Assembly: GCA_964599875.1 (NCBI GenBank)
Contig: CAZRHE010000007.1
Coordinates: 3,536 to 67,535, forward strand
Origin: an uncultured Bacteroidaceae bacterium
Lineage (GTDB): Bacteria; Bacillota; Clostridia; Christensenellales; CAG-917
Length of the DNA: 64,000 nt
Reading direction: 5' to 3'
A program made the position numbers and the translations under genes. The notes under the pieces are model-generated. The model was not told the origin of the DNA and made no database searches. It saw nothing but the letters and a program-made list of their open reading frames with translations. This document shows, one piece after another, positions 44,140 through 53,763 of the stretch (positions are counted from its first letter, which is position 1; every line of letters starts with the position of its first letter).

Positions 44140-45417
44140 TTAAATATTTTCGAGTGCTTGTTCTATATCTGCGATAAGGTCGGCGGAGTTTTCAAGACCG
44201 CAACTCAAACGGATGAGGTCGGGAGAAATGCCCGCCGCTTTGAGTTCCTCGTCGTTCATTTGACGGTGAGTCGCGCTTGCGGGGTGCAAACAGCAACTGC
44301 GCGCGTCCGCAACGTGGGTTTCGATTGCGATGAGTTTGAGATTCGCCATGAATTTTTCAGCCGCCGCTCTTCCGCCTTTGACGCCGAAACTGACGACACC
44401 GCAAGTGCCGTTAGGGCAATACTTGACCGCTTCTTTGTGATACTTATCCCCTTCGAGTCCGGGATAGACCACCCATGCGATACGAGAGTCGTTTGCGAGC
44501 CATTTCGCGACGGTTTGACCGTTTTCGGTGTGACGTTGCATTCTGACGTGCAAACTTTCAAGTCCGAGATTGAGATAGAAAGCGTGTTGCGGAGATTGTA
44601 TGGAGCCGAAATCTCTCATGAGTTGCGCGGTGCATTTGGTGATAAACGCGCCCTCTTTGCCGAATTTTTCCGCGTACGTGATTCCGTGATAACTGTCGTC
44701 GGGAGTGGTGAGCCCGGGGAATTTATCCTTATGCGCCATCCAGTCGAATTTGCCAGCGTCGATTATTGCACCGCCTACGCACGCTCCGTGACCGTCGATA
44801 TATTTAGTGGTCGAATGGGTGACGATATCCGCGCCCCACTCTATAGGACGGCAATTGACGGGAGTTGCAAAGGTGTTGTCGATGATGAACGGCACGCCGT
44901 GACGATGCGCCGCGTTTGCGAATTTTTCGATATCGAGAACCGCGAGTGCGGGATTTGCGATGGTTTCGCCAAACAACGCTTTGGTGTTGGGACGGAACGC
45001 AGCGTTAAGTTCTTCTTCGGTGCAATCGGGTGCGACGAAAGTGAAGTCGATACCCATTTTCTTCATGGTGACTGCAAAGAGGTTGTAAGTTCCGCCGTAG
45101 ATTGCCGAACTTGCCACGACGTGGTCGCCATTGTTCGCAACGTTGAACACAGCGTAGAAGTTTGCCGCCTGACCCGAACTCGTGAGCATTCCCGCCGTAC
45201 CGCCTTCGAGTTCGGTGAGTTTCTTCGCGACGTAATCGTTGGTGGGGTTTTGAAGTCTGGTATAGAAATATCCCGACGCTTCGAGGTCGAAGAGTTTTGC
45301 CATTTCGGGGCTCGAATCGTACTTGAACGTCGTGCTTTGCACGATGGGGATTTGTCTGGGCTCTCCGTTAGACGGAGTGTAGCCGCCTTGCACGCAAATG
45401 GTATCGATGTGTTTCAT
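44140..45417 (-). CDS. metY: O-acetylhomoserine aminocarboxypropyltransferase (sulfhydrylase)
   Basis: 425 aa, Cys/Met-metabolism PLP enzyme, with the HSTTKYIDGHG PLP-lysine motif. Confidence 0.9.
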   Translation of the reverse strand: MKHIDTICVQGGYTPSNGEPRQIPIVQSTTFKYDSSPEMAKLFDLEASGYFYTRLQNPTNDYVAKKLTELEGGTAGMLTSSGQAANFYAVFNVANNGDHVVASSAIYGGTYNLFAVTMKKMGIDFTFVAPDCTEEELNAAFRPNTKALFGETIANPALAVLDIEKFANAAHRHGVPFIIDNTFATPVNCRPIEWGADIVTHSTTKYIDGHGACVGGAIIDAGKFDWMAHKDKFPGLTTPDDSYHGITYAEKFGKEGAFITKCTAQLMRDFGSIQSPQHAFYLNLGLESLHVRMQRHTENGQTVAKWLANDSRIAWVVYPGLEGDKYHKEAVKYCPNGTCGVVSFGVKGGRAAAEKFMANLKLIAIETHVADARSCCLHPASATHRQMNDEELKAAGISPDLIRLSCGLENSADLIADIEQALENI

Positions 45418-45437
45418 ATTTACCTCTTGTCTTTCGA

Positions 45438-45890
45438 CTATTTAAAATTGTATTCTTTTTTTATGCGGTCGATTTTTCTATCCTCTTCCCTTCTCTTTAT
45501 GGATTCGCGTTTGTCGTGAAGTTCCTTGCCTTTGCAAACACCGATTTCCACCTTGACGAGAGCGTCTTTGAAGTAGACTTTGAGAGGGACGAGGGTATAT
45601 CCTTTTTGTTCGACCTTTGCTTTGAGTTTTCTTATTTCGCTTTTGTTGAGCAAAAGTTTTCTGTTGCGTTTTGAATCCGCGTTATAGTAACTGCCCATTT
45701 TGTAAGGAGCGATATGCATACCCACTACGAAAACCTCGCCGTTTTTGATTACGGCGAAACTGTCGCGGAGATTGACCGCGCCAAGACGCACGGATTTGAC
45801 CTCGCAACCGACGAGGACTATCCCTGCTTCATAAGTATCTTCGACGAAATAGTCGTGATACGCTTTTCTGTTTTCGGCAATAAGTTTCAT
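45438..45890 (-). CDS. smpB: SsrA-binding protein
   Basis: 150 aa; IAENRKAYHDYF..YEAGIVL.GCEVKS is the canonical SmpB N-terminus. Confidence 0.95.
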   Translation of the reverse strand: MKLIAENRKAYHDYFVEDTYEAGIVLVGCEVKSVRLGAVNLRDSFAVIKNGEVFVVGMHIAPYKMGSYYNADSKRNRKLLLNKSEIRKLKAKVEQKGYTLVPLKVYFKDALVKVEIGVCKGKELHDKRESIKRREEDRKIDRIKKEYNFK

Positions 45891-45923
45891 AATTCCTTGA
45901 TTTTCGACAGTCGAGCACGAATA

Positions 45924-45962
45924 TAAAAAAACGGCTCCGATTGAATATTGAATCGGAGCCGT
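45924..45962 (-). terminator. rho-independent terminator after secG
   Basis: Minus strand reads ACGGCTCCGATT-CAATATTC-AATCGGAGCCGT followed by TTTTTTT. Confidence 0.85.
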
Positions 45963-45975
45963 CTGCTGATTTCAG

Positions 45976-46305
45976 TTACGCTATGGTTGCGACCACGAAT
46001 GCGATTACGGCGCAGACGATGATGAACGCAAAGAGTGCAAACGTCACTTTTTTCAATATGCCTTCTTTGCCTTTCGCCTTATTCTTGCCATAATACGTAT
46101 CGGATGCACCGGTGATGACTCCGACGTTGTCTTGAGTTCCTTTTTGCATCAAAACGATGACGATCATTGCGATTGACGCGATCATCATCAATATCATAAA
46201 TGCCATTGTGACAGCATCTCTGACGTCCTTGGGTATAGAACCGCCGGGATTGTCGCCGACGAAGGACGACGCCGCCAATACGCTGTAGAAAAACGAATTA
46301 AGCAT
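45976..46305 (-). CDS. secG: preprotein translocase subunit SecG (with an N-terminal extension)
   Basis: VIVLMQKGTQDNVGVITGASDTYYGKN.. plus a C-terminal TM helix match the SecG layout. GGAGG RBS at ATG 46305; a shorter form from MAFMIL.. is possible. Confidence 0.7.
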   Translation of the reverse strand: MLNSFFYSVLAASSFVGDNPGGSIPKDVRDAVTMAFMILMMIASIAMIVIVLMQKGTQDNVGVITGASDTYYGKNKAKGKEGILKKVTFALFAFIIVCAVIAFVVATIA

Positions 46306-46442
46306 TTTTTACCTCCAAAAAATTTACTATGTGATTTTAGCATAGTAAGAGCGATTTGGCAAGCAAAAACAATAAATTGTTTAAATCCGTGATTTTTTCA
46401 CCTTTCCGCCGGCAGTCGAATATACTGGACGAGGAGGCGAAT

Positions 46443-46919
46443 ATGCAGAAAATTTACGGCAGCGAACTGCCCTATCCCGAAATCGTCGTCGAAAAGAATA
46501 TCCCCGACAGTAAACTTCTCATGCCCTCGTACGGCGGCCCGTCGGGAGAAGCGACGGCAATCATGACTTATTCCTTTCAACGATTCATAACCGAAAACGA
46601 CGAATTGGCGTCCGCTCTCATCGGAATCGCGATAACCGAAATGAAACACTTCGAACTCCTCGGCGAGTGCATCTATCGTCTGGGCGGATATCCGATTGTC
46701 GGCGGACGCACGTACTGGAACGGAAGTTTCGTCAACTACACCCTCGACAAGCGAAAATTCCTCGAACAAAATATCATGGCGGAAGAAACGGCGATTCTAA
46801 ACTACGAAAGGACCATCCTCAACCTTTCCCAAGAAAGCGTCAAATTGTTGCTTGAAAGAATAATCCTCGACGAAGAGGTGCATATCAAGATTTTCAAAGA
46901 ACTTTTGAACGGCTTATAA
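46443..46919 (+). CDS. ferritin-like / manganese-catalase family protein (CotJC-like)
   Basis: LPYPEIVVEKNIPDSKLLMPSYGGPSGEATAIMTYSFQRF resembles the CotJC N-terminus, with E..H metal-ligand helices (ITEMKHFELL, LDEEVHIKIF). GAGGAGG RBS at ATG 46443. Confidence 0.65.
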   Translation: MQKIYGSELPYPEIVVEKNIPDSKLLMPSYGGPSGEATAIMTYSFQRFITENDELASALIGIAITEMKHFELLGECIYRLGGYPIVGGRTYWNGSFVNYTLDKRKFLEQNIMAEETAILNYERTILNLSQESVKLLLERIILDEEVHIKIFKELLNGL

Positions 46920-46975
46920 ACAAATTCGACGCTTTAAGCGGTCGAATAGTGCCGTTTAACCGTCGAATTGCGTCG

Positions 46976-47425
46976 TTATTGCTTTTGCATTTCTTTTGCG
47001 AGGTTCATTATATAAGGACACGCGCGCGCGAGGTCCTCCCCGACTTTGCGATAAACGTCCATATCGAATCCGTAAGGGTCGTCGACTTCGTATCCCAATA
47101 ATCTTTCGTCGGATAAAGAAAAAGTTTTGTCCGCGCAATCGAATTTTTCAACGACTTTGTCGCGGATTCTGTCCGTCATCGCGATTATCAAATCGCTGTC
47201 GTCTACGAGAGATTTAGATATAAGTGCGGACAGGTGCGCTTTCGGCTCGATTCCCCTTTCTTTCAAAACCGCGACCGAGTTTTCGGACATGGGTTTCAAA
47301 TGGTTCATGAGTCCCGCGCTTGCGACTTCGCACTCGAAGTCGTTCTCCTGCACGTAAACTTCGAAAAGTCTTTCGAGAAGAGGACTTCTGCACATATTCC
47401 CTACGCACACGAAAGTTATTTTCAT
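46976..47425 (-). CDS. low-molecular-weight protein tyrosine/arginine phosphatase
   Basis: 149 aa with the CX5R(S) P-loop: ITFVCVGNMCRSPL. Confidence 0.85.
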   Translation of the reverse strand: MKITFVCVGNMCRSPLLERLFEVYVQENDFECEVASAGLMNHLKPMSENSVAVLKERGIEPKAHLSALISKSLVDDSDLIIAMTDRIRDKVVEKFDCADKTFSLSDERLLGYEVDDPYGFDMDVYRKVGEDLARACPYIMNLAKEMQKQ

Positions 47426-47426
47426 A

Positions 47427-48407
47427 CTACACGATAACGTTCGACGCGGCTTTCAGCACCCTGTTCATTACGGAAAATTCCATGCCGTTTCCGTGCAATT
47501 CTTCCACGATGATTTTGTCGTAAATATTCTCCGCTTTTCTCAACGCGGAATAGATATTGCGCGCGTAGTCGTCCGCGGTGATTCCGAGGTCGATTATATT
47601 TCTATCCCCCGTCTTGTCGCGATATACGTCCCTAAACACGAGGACGGGATTCTTCCCCTCGCCTACGCTCTTGTCGTATTCCGCGACGGCGTGGTCGACG
47701 TTTTCCGCGACGACGGTTTCGACTTTTGGAGCATAGTGCGTATACTTCATCCCCGGCGACTTCGCAATTTTTATGACTTTGCCGTTTTCGGACACGTCGC
47801 CCACGATTTCAGAAAGCATTTCGGCGGTTATCGCACCGGGACGCAAAATGGTGGGCGTATCCGTCGTCAAATCGAAAACCGTGCTTTCAATCCCGACCGA
47901 GCAAGGACCGTCGTCGAGAATGAGTTCAACTTCCCCGTTCAAATCGTCGTAGACGTGCTCTGCCGTCGTAGGCGAAACGTGTTTACTCTTGTTTGCGGAC
48001 GGTGCGGCAAGGGGTGCGCTTTTCGAAATAAGTTCGCGAGTATAGGGATTCATCGGCATCCTGATTGCGACGGTTTCTCCCCCTGCGGTCACGATATAAG
48101 GTATCTTATCGCTCTTTTTTAGGATGACGGAGATAGGTCCCGGCATATATTTTTCCGCGATTTTATAGAACGTATCCGGGATTTCGGACGCGATTTCCGC
48201 CACTTGATCGGTTGAAGAGATATGCACGATAAGCGGGTTATCCTGCGGTCTGCCCTTCGCGACGAAGATTTTTTTCACCGCGTCAGCGTTGAAAGCGTCC
48301 GCACCGAGTCCGTATACGGTTTCGGTGGGAAACACGACCAAGTCGCCGTTTTTGATGATTTCAGCCGCACGGTCTATTCCGTCCCGCGCTTTCACGATTT
48401 CCGTCAT
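47427..48407 (-). CDS. tsaC: L-threonylcarbamoyladenylate synthase (Sua5/YwlC type, with Sua5 C-terminal domain)
   Basis: 326 aa; VVFPTETVYGLGADA and the KGRPQDNPLIVH motif. Confidence 0.85.
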   Translation of the reverse strand: MTEIVKARDGIDRAAEIIKNGDLVVFPTETVYGLGADAFNADAVKKIFVAKGRPQDNPLIVHISSTDQVAEIASEIPDTFYKIAEKYMPGPISVILKKSDKIPYIVTAGGETVAIRMPMNPYTRELISKSAPLAAPSANKSKHVSPTTAEHVYDDLNGEVELILDDGPCSVGIESTVFDLTTDTPTILRPGAITAEMLSEIVGDVSENGKVIKIAKSPGMKYTHYAPKVETVVAENVDHAVAEYDKSVGEGKNPVLVFRDVYRDKTGDRNIIDLGITADDYARNIYSALRKAENIYDKIIVEELHGNGMEFSVMNRVLKAASNVIV

Positions 48408-50215
48408 TTCAGTTTGTACACCGCAAAGGTGTCGTTTTCAGAGTATTTCGCAAACACGAACACGTCCGTGGGACTACCGTCGGGCGCGTAAAGCAAACTG
48501 CCTTTCAGCATATTCGCTTCCATTATGACGTTTTTCTCGACGTTTGCGTTGAAGTTTTTGATGCCGAAATAGGAAACGCCGTCCCTCGTTTCGGTGAACA
48601 TATAGCAACCCAACTTGTAAATGCTGGTTTTAGAGGTTGTTTTCGCCATATCCGCAAAGGGCTTGGAATTGTCGCTCATCGCTTCCACGACCTTTCCGTC
48701 CTTTGAAAGAAGGACTTCGGTGCCGTTGAGGGTCGCGATCGTATAATATCCGAGGAAGGGAGTTATGCTCGAATACTTGAAATCCGCAACTCTTTCGCCG
48801 TCCGCGGTGTATGCGCCGTAAACGACGTCCCCGCTTGCGTTGGTGGCGGACGCGACTATCATCCCTTGATTGTACGCCGCGGAATTTACGCTGATTGATT
48901 TGTCTTCGAATATGACGTTGCCGTTTGCGTCAACCGCGCGAAGTCCGCTGGTAGGAAGGGGCACGACGCCCACTCCGTCCACGAAAGACAATGCAAGGTC
49001 GAAATAGGAAACGTCGTCCGCTTCCTCTTTATTCGAGCCGCTTATGCCGAGATTGCCCGAAAGGGAGCAAACGATATTGAACTTCTCGTCGAGGATGAAT
49101 TGGTCGTAATATCCGTTTTTGTTGGAATCCACGATTATGCAATAGGTCGCATAGTAATATCCGTCTTTGAGTATCGCGCTTGCAGAAATCCCCGTGCGCT
49201 CGGAGCCGTAATATTTATTGGACAGGTTGAGGAAGTAATAGTCCGCCTCGAACGCCTTTCTCGAATCCGAATTTGCGTCGTATATATAGCGATAGACCAT
49301 ATAGTAGTCGCCGTTGTAGAAATAAGTGAAATCGGCGTTTTCGTCTTCTTCTCTATCGACGAGCCAGTCTTCGTGAATGAAGAATTTGCCGTTTCCCATA
49401 TAGGTGATTTCGTTGTAATACTCATCTTCGCCGTTGTCGTAATAGGAGCCGTATTCGGTGCCGTCGTAGTTGACGACTTCGTTTGCGGAGGTCGGGATTT
49501 TGAATATTCTTGACACGTCCGTGCTATCTTCGGTCGTATCCGTCGCGACGACGTAATCCTTGTCGAATCCCGCAAGTTTCGTGACGTCCGCACCCGCGTT
49601 TTTGATTCTTACGACGGGTCTACCCGTAGAAATGCGATAAATCGTCGTATAACTTTTGTTCGAAGTTGCGTTTTTGTCGAAATTGGGATTGACTGCGATG
49701 AGGTCTTCGGACAAAACGTTGACCGCTTTATCTATAGTATCGCTGCTGCCAAGTCCCGAAATCACTCCTCTTGCGATGATTATTCTGCCGTTCGTATCGA
49801 AAACGGATACGTCCCCGTTGACGTCCTTGACGACTATGACGCCGTTTTTCACTCTCAAAGCGTTGATTGCAAGGTTTTCAGGGAACATGACGTCGCTTGC
49901 GCCGAATTTCATAACGGTGAGCAAGGTGTTGTCGCCGATGGTCTTTTTGAGCACGAAAGCGTCGATCGAGTCGAGATAACCGCTATCCGAATTTTTGTAT
50001 GCGTTGCTCGACTTTCCGGGTGCGTAAAGTTCCCAGCCCTCGGGAAGCGCGGATATAACGGTTTCGTAAGTCGTAAACTCACCGACCGACGAATTATCTT
50101 TGTAGATATCCAGAAGATTGGTCGGGGCGTCCTTGTCCTTATTGCAGGCGGTCAGCCCGAAAACGAAACATAACGTGAGTAGCGTTGCGATGACGAGTGT
50201 TGCGATTTTTTTCAT
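48404..50215 (-). CDS. hypothetical lipoprotein, beta-rich repeat protein
   Basis: 603 aa. Signal peptide with lipobox (LCFVFGLTAC). Recurrent D.NG..I motifs (DVNGDVSVFDTNGRIII, AVDANGNVIFEDKS, SKDGKVVEAMS). ATGA overlaps at both ends. Confidence 0.65.
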   Translation of the reverse strand: MKKIATLVIATLLTLCFVFGLTACNKDKDAPTNLLDIYKDNSSVGEFTTYETVISALPEGWELYAPGKSSNAYKNSDSGYLDSIDAFVLKKTIGDNTLLTVMKFGASDVMFPENLAINALRVKNGVIVVKDVNGDVSVFDTNGRIIIARGVISGLGSSDTIDKAVNVLSEDLIAVNPNFDKNATSNKSYTTIYRISTGRPVVRIKNAGADVTKLAGFDKDYVVATDTTEDSTDVSRIFKIPTSANEVVNYDGTEYGSYYDNGEDEYYNEITYMGNGKFFIHEDWLVDREEDENADFTYFYNGDYYMVYRYIYDANSDSRKAFEADYYFLNLSNKYYGSERTGISASAILKDGYYYATYCIIVDSNKNGYYDQFILDEKFNIVCSLSGNLGISGSNKEEADDVSYFDLALSFVDGVGVVPLPTSGLRAVDANGNVIFEDKSISVNSAAYNQGMIVASATNASGDVVYGAYTADGERVADFKYSSITPFLGYYTIATLNGTEVLLSKDGKVVEAMSDNSKPFADMAKTTSKTSIYKLGCYMFTETRDGVSYFGIKNFNANVEKNVIMEANMLKGSLLYAPDGSPTDVFVFAKYSENDTFAVYKLK

Positions 50216-50910
50216 ATTTGCTCCGTAAAATAGTGTTTGCTCGTTTTAAGACCGAGTAGCGAGTACGCCGCGTCGCTCAAAACGAGATTTGCATTTGTTT
50301 TTAGCGTTGAGGGAATATCCGCGTTTTCACCCGCGAGATATCCTCTCGTAATTTTGTCTATAACCACTCCGTCCTGCCCTGAACAGTGCGGGCAAACTAT
50401 CCCGTCCTTTTCGGAGAAAGCGCAGTCCCCGTCGAGAACGCATTTGCAGGAGTTGCACGTCGTGAAGTCGAGGTTGTAACCGTTGTCGGCAAGCGCGTGA
50501 AGAAGAAATCTTGTTATTCCGTCCTCCGCCGCCAAGTCTTCGTACGCCATTCCTTTGAGAATTTCTATCGCGTGCAAGAAGATTTTGGGCTGACTTTCGG
50601 GGGACAGTTTGTTAAGCGCGTCGAGCACGTACGCCGCCGCATAGTACTTCCCTATGTCGAGCACGATAGGACTGAAAGCGTCTATCTGCGAACAATCCGC
50701 GACGACGTATCTGCCGTCTTTACCCGCAAGCATATATTCCCCGAAATTCAAAGGCTCCGCCGCATAGCGCAGTTTCGCTTTGGGTTTAAGGCATCCTCTT
50801 GCGGTGGCGGTGATTTTTCCCTCTTCGAGAGATACGAGAGTCAAAATCATATCCGTTTCGCGATAACGCACCGCGCGAGTGACGATAGCGGTAACTTTTT
50901 TTGCTTCCAT
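50212..50910 (-). CDS. recO: DNA repair protein RecO
   Basis: MEAKKVTAIVTRAVRYRETDMILTL.. is the RecO OB-fold N-terminus, plus a Cys4 zinc motif (CNSCKC..CPHC). ATG 50910 overlaps the era stop (TAATG); the track start at 50973 is less likely. Confidence 0.8.
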   Translation of the reverse strand: MEAKKVTAIVTRAVRYRETDMILTLVSLEEGKITATARGCLKPKAKLRYAAEPLNFGEYMLAGKDGRYVVADCSQIDAFSPIVLDIGKYYAAAYVLDALNKLSPESQPKIFLHAIEILKGMAYEDLAAEDGITRFLLHALADNGYNLDFTTCNSCKCVLDGDCAFSEKDGIVCPHCSGQDGVVIDKITRGYLAGENADIPSTLKTNANLVLSDAAYSLLGLKTSKHYFTEQI

Positions 50911-51818
50911 TACTTTTTGAGGTCCTTCACGTCGTAACCGAGTTCGCGCATAAGATAGTCGCTGTTTCTCCAATCCGCTTTGACTTTCACGTACAAAGTG
51001 AGGAACACTTTTTCGCCCGTAAGGTCTTCGAGGTCTTTTCTTGCGCCGCTTGCGATTTCTTTGAGAGTATTGCCACCCTTTCCGATTACAATCGCTTTGT
51101 GTGACGCTCTTTCGACGACTATATCCGCGTCTATGTCGTATATAGGCTTATCCTCTCTCAACTCGAACTTGTTGATATACACGCCGATTCCGTAAGGGAT
51201 TTCCTTATCGAGAAGATAAAGTGCCTTTTCGCGAATGATTTCCGCCGCCATAAATCTCATGGAACTGTCCGTGAACATATCTTCGGGGAAAAATCTCTCT
51301 CCCTCGGGGAGCATATCGAACAACTCATCGATAATCGGCTCCAAGTTTCTGTTCTTTTTCGCGGATGCGGGGACGACCGCCTTTATAAACGGGAATGCCG
51401 TGAGTTTTTGCAAACAGTCGAGCATGGTTTGTTTGGTCACCGAGTCTTCCTTGTTGAGAATGACGACGAGGTTATCTCTTTCCGCGTTTTTCTCCAAAAA
51501 CTCGTAATCTTCTTTCTGAATACCCTTTGCGGCGTCTATGACGTACAAAATGCCGTCCACGTCTTTCATTCCCGCTTCGACGGATTTCATCATATATTCT
51601 CCGAGATGGTTTCTCGTTTCGTGAATCCCCGGAGTGTCGATAAAAACCATTTGATATTCTTCCCCGTTCTTTTCGCCGTTGACGATTCCGAGGATCTTAT
51701 TTCTCGTGGTTTGCGGACGCCAAGAAACTATGGCGACTTTCTCCCCGACGAGAGTGTTGATGAGTGTTGATTTGCCCGCGTTTGCAAGCCCTGTGATGCA
51801 TATAAATCCTGATTTCAT
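50910..51818 (-). CDS. era: GTPase Era
   Basis: 302 aa with G1 (GLANAGKST) and G3 (DTPG) motifs and a KH domain at the C-terminus. Confidence 0.95.
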   Translation of the reverse strand: MKSGFICITGLANAGKSTLINTLVGEKVAIVSWRPQTTRNKILGIVNGEKNGEEYQMVFIDTPGIHETRNHLGEYMMKSVEAGMKDVDGILYVIDAAKGIQKEDYEFLEKNAERDNLVVILNKEDSVTKQTMLDCLQKLTAFPFIKAVVPASAKKNRNLEPIIDELFDMLPEGERFFPEDMFTDSSMRFMAAEIIREKALYLLDKEIPYGIGVYINKFELREDKPIYDIDADIVVERASHKAIVIGKGGNTLKEIASGARKDLEDLTGEKVFLTLYVKVKADWRNSDYLMRELGYDVKDLKK

Positions 51819-51823
51819 ATCTT

Positions 51824-52291
51824 TTATCTGTATAAGTGCACACTATTCATAATTTCCTTTTGTAGCGGCATCATAATTTCTTCGTCCGCCTTTTCCACAT
51901 GGTCGAATCCGAGTAAGTGCAAAAGTCCGTGGCAAGTGAGAAATCCTATTTCTCTTTCGTACGAGTGACCGTATTCGATCGACTGTTCTACAGCGCGTTT
52001 TCTGCATATCATAAGACTGCCGAGCATAACTTTGTTTCCGTCGAAGTCGTCATCCGAAAAGTCGTCTATGCTTTTAGGGAGCGTCATCTTTTCAAAGTAC
52101 GGAAAACTCAACACGTCCGTGACCGAATCCACTCCTCTTTGTTCGCGGTTGAAAGTCCTTATGGTTTCCTCGTCAACGACGTCTATATCCGTCACGAAAA
52201 AGTTTTCTTGGTTAAGCCTTTCGAAAACCGCCTTTTCGACCGCTTTCATCAGTCGTTTTTCTTTGAATTTGACTCCGTTTAATCTTATCAT
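51824..52291 (-). CDS. ybeY: rRNA maturation RNase YbeY
   Basis: HGLLHLLGFDH zinc motif. ATG 52291 overlaps the upstream stop (ATGA); the track start at 52390 is inside the upstream gene. Confidence 0.85.
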   Translation of the reverse strand: MIRLNGVKFKEKRLMKAVEKAVFERLNQENFFVTDIDVVDEETIRTFNREQRGVDSVTDVLSFPYFEKMTLPKSIDDFSDDDFDGNKVMLGSLMICRKRAVEQSIEYGHSYEREIGFLTCHGLLHLLGFDHVEKADEEIMMPLQKEIMNSVHLYR

Positions 52292-53763
52292 CTCTTCTTC
52301 TCGTAAGAAACTCTGCTGTGGTGAATACTGGGGAGCACTTCCACTATCGTGTTTTTGATGACGCTCAAATCGTTCATGGTGATAGGACATTCGTCGAATT
52401 GTCCGAGATTGAGTTTTTCGTCGATGAGTTTGGATATTCTTGCGACGAATTCATCCTTATTGTCGGGCATATACGCTCTGCACGCCGCCTCGACCGTATC
52501 CGCTATCATGACGATTGCCGAAACTTTCGTTTGAGGTTTAGGGCCCGAATACGCGTAATTAGTGGACGCCAAATCGCCCTCCTCCGTCAAGGACAACGCC
52601 TTGCGATAGAAATATCCGACGGGCGCGGTGCCGTGGTGTTCTCTGCATATCGCGACGATTTCGGGGGGAAGGTGATATTGCTTTGCAAGGATTTCACCGA
52701 ACAAAGTATGGGACGTAATCATACTCACGCTGACCTCGGGAATGAGTTCGTCGTGAGGATTGTACGTAGATTGGTTTTCGGAGAAATAGATAGGTGCTTT
52801 CAACTTGCCGATATCGTGATAGTACGCCGCGCAACGAGCAAGGTGCGGATTTTCCCCTATTGCTTCCGCGCATGCTTCCGAAAGGTTTCCGACGACGAGC
52901 GAATGATTAAAAGTGCCCGGGGCTTCGCTTGCAAGGCGTTTAAGCAAAGGATGGTCGAGATTGGTGAGTTCGTTCAATCTGAAGTCGTCCGCAATGTTGA
53001 ACACGCCCTCGAATATCGCGACGAGTGGCATAAACACGAATACGGACGCAATCTGCGAGCCGTACGCCCAAAGCGTGTTGAAAAGGATATCCATGGTGAA
53101 GTTGCCCTCGGTAATCGTGCACGCGATAACGAGAGGGATGACGACCGCCGCGCTTGCAAGTGCGACGAGCAAGAATTTAAGTCTTGTGAAGTGCTTGTTC
53201 ACGAAATAGCACATGGACACCGCACCGAATGCGTTTGCGATTATGGACGTGATGACAAGGTCGAGCGCATATGCGTCTGCGGAAGTTTGATTCGTGAAAA
53301 CGTAGGACACGAGAAGCAGCAAACACAACACCGCCGTCGATGCAAGCGCCGTTCTTCTGTCGATGAGTTCGAGAATAATAAGCGTCGCAAGAGCGATAGG
53401 CATGACGTAAACGCTCAAAAATCTCACCGTAGTAATGCTGACGATATAGGAAATCAAAACCATCGTCGTGATGAGAGTGAAATTTCTGACCGCGAATTTG
53501 CCGTTTGCCGAGTACGGATAAGTCACGAAAAACAGTGCGAGATAAATAAGCCCTATCGTGCAGAAACGTCCCGCGGTTTCAAGTCCGTTTTCAGGGGCGA
53601 ACGCACCGAGAAAATCTCCCGTCATAAATATCGAATATAGGCACATACCCGCAACCGCGATTATGCTGAAAGGCAACGTCTTGCCGAATGCGGAAAGCAC
53701 GGCGCGTTGTTTCTCTTTTTTTGCTTTCTGACGCGAAGTCAGGTCTTTGATGTCGTCAATCAT
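52288..53763 (-). CDS. 7TM-receptor HD-domain phosphohydrolase (YqfF/PgpH-like)
   Basis: 491 aa. A polytopic N-terminal half, then an HD domain (HSLVVGNLSEA..AAYYHDIGK). Confidence 0.8.
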   Translation of the reverse strand: MIDDIKDLTSRQKAKKEKQRAVLSAFGKTLPFSIIAVAGMCLYSIFMTGDFLGAFAPENGLETAGRFCTIGLIYLALFFVTYPYSANGKFAVRNFTLITTMVLISYIVSITTVRFLSVYVMPIALATLIILELIDRRTALASTAVLCLLLLVSYVFTNQTSADAYALDLVITSIIANAFGAVSMCYFVNKHFTRLKFLLVALASAAVVIPLVIACTITEGNFTMDILFNTLWAYGSQIASVFVFMPLVAIFEGVFNIADDFRLNELTNLDHPLLKRLASEAPGTFNHSLVVGNLSEACAEAIGENPHLARCAAYYHDIGKLKAPIYFSENQSTYNPHDELIPEVSVSMITSHTLFGEILAKQYHLPPEIVAICREHHGTAPVGYFYRKALSLTEEGDLASTNYAYSGPKPQTKVSAIVMIADTVEAACRAYMPDNKDEFVARISKLIDEKLNLGQFDECPITMNDLSVIKNTIVEVLPSIHHSRVSYEKKR

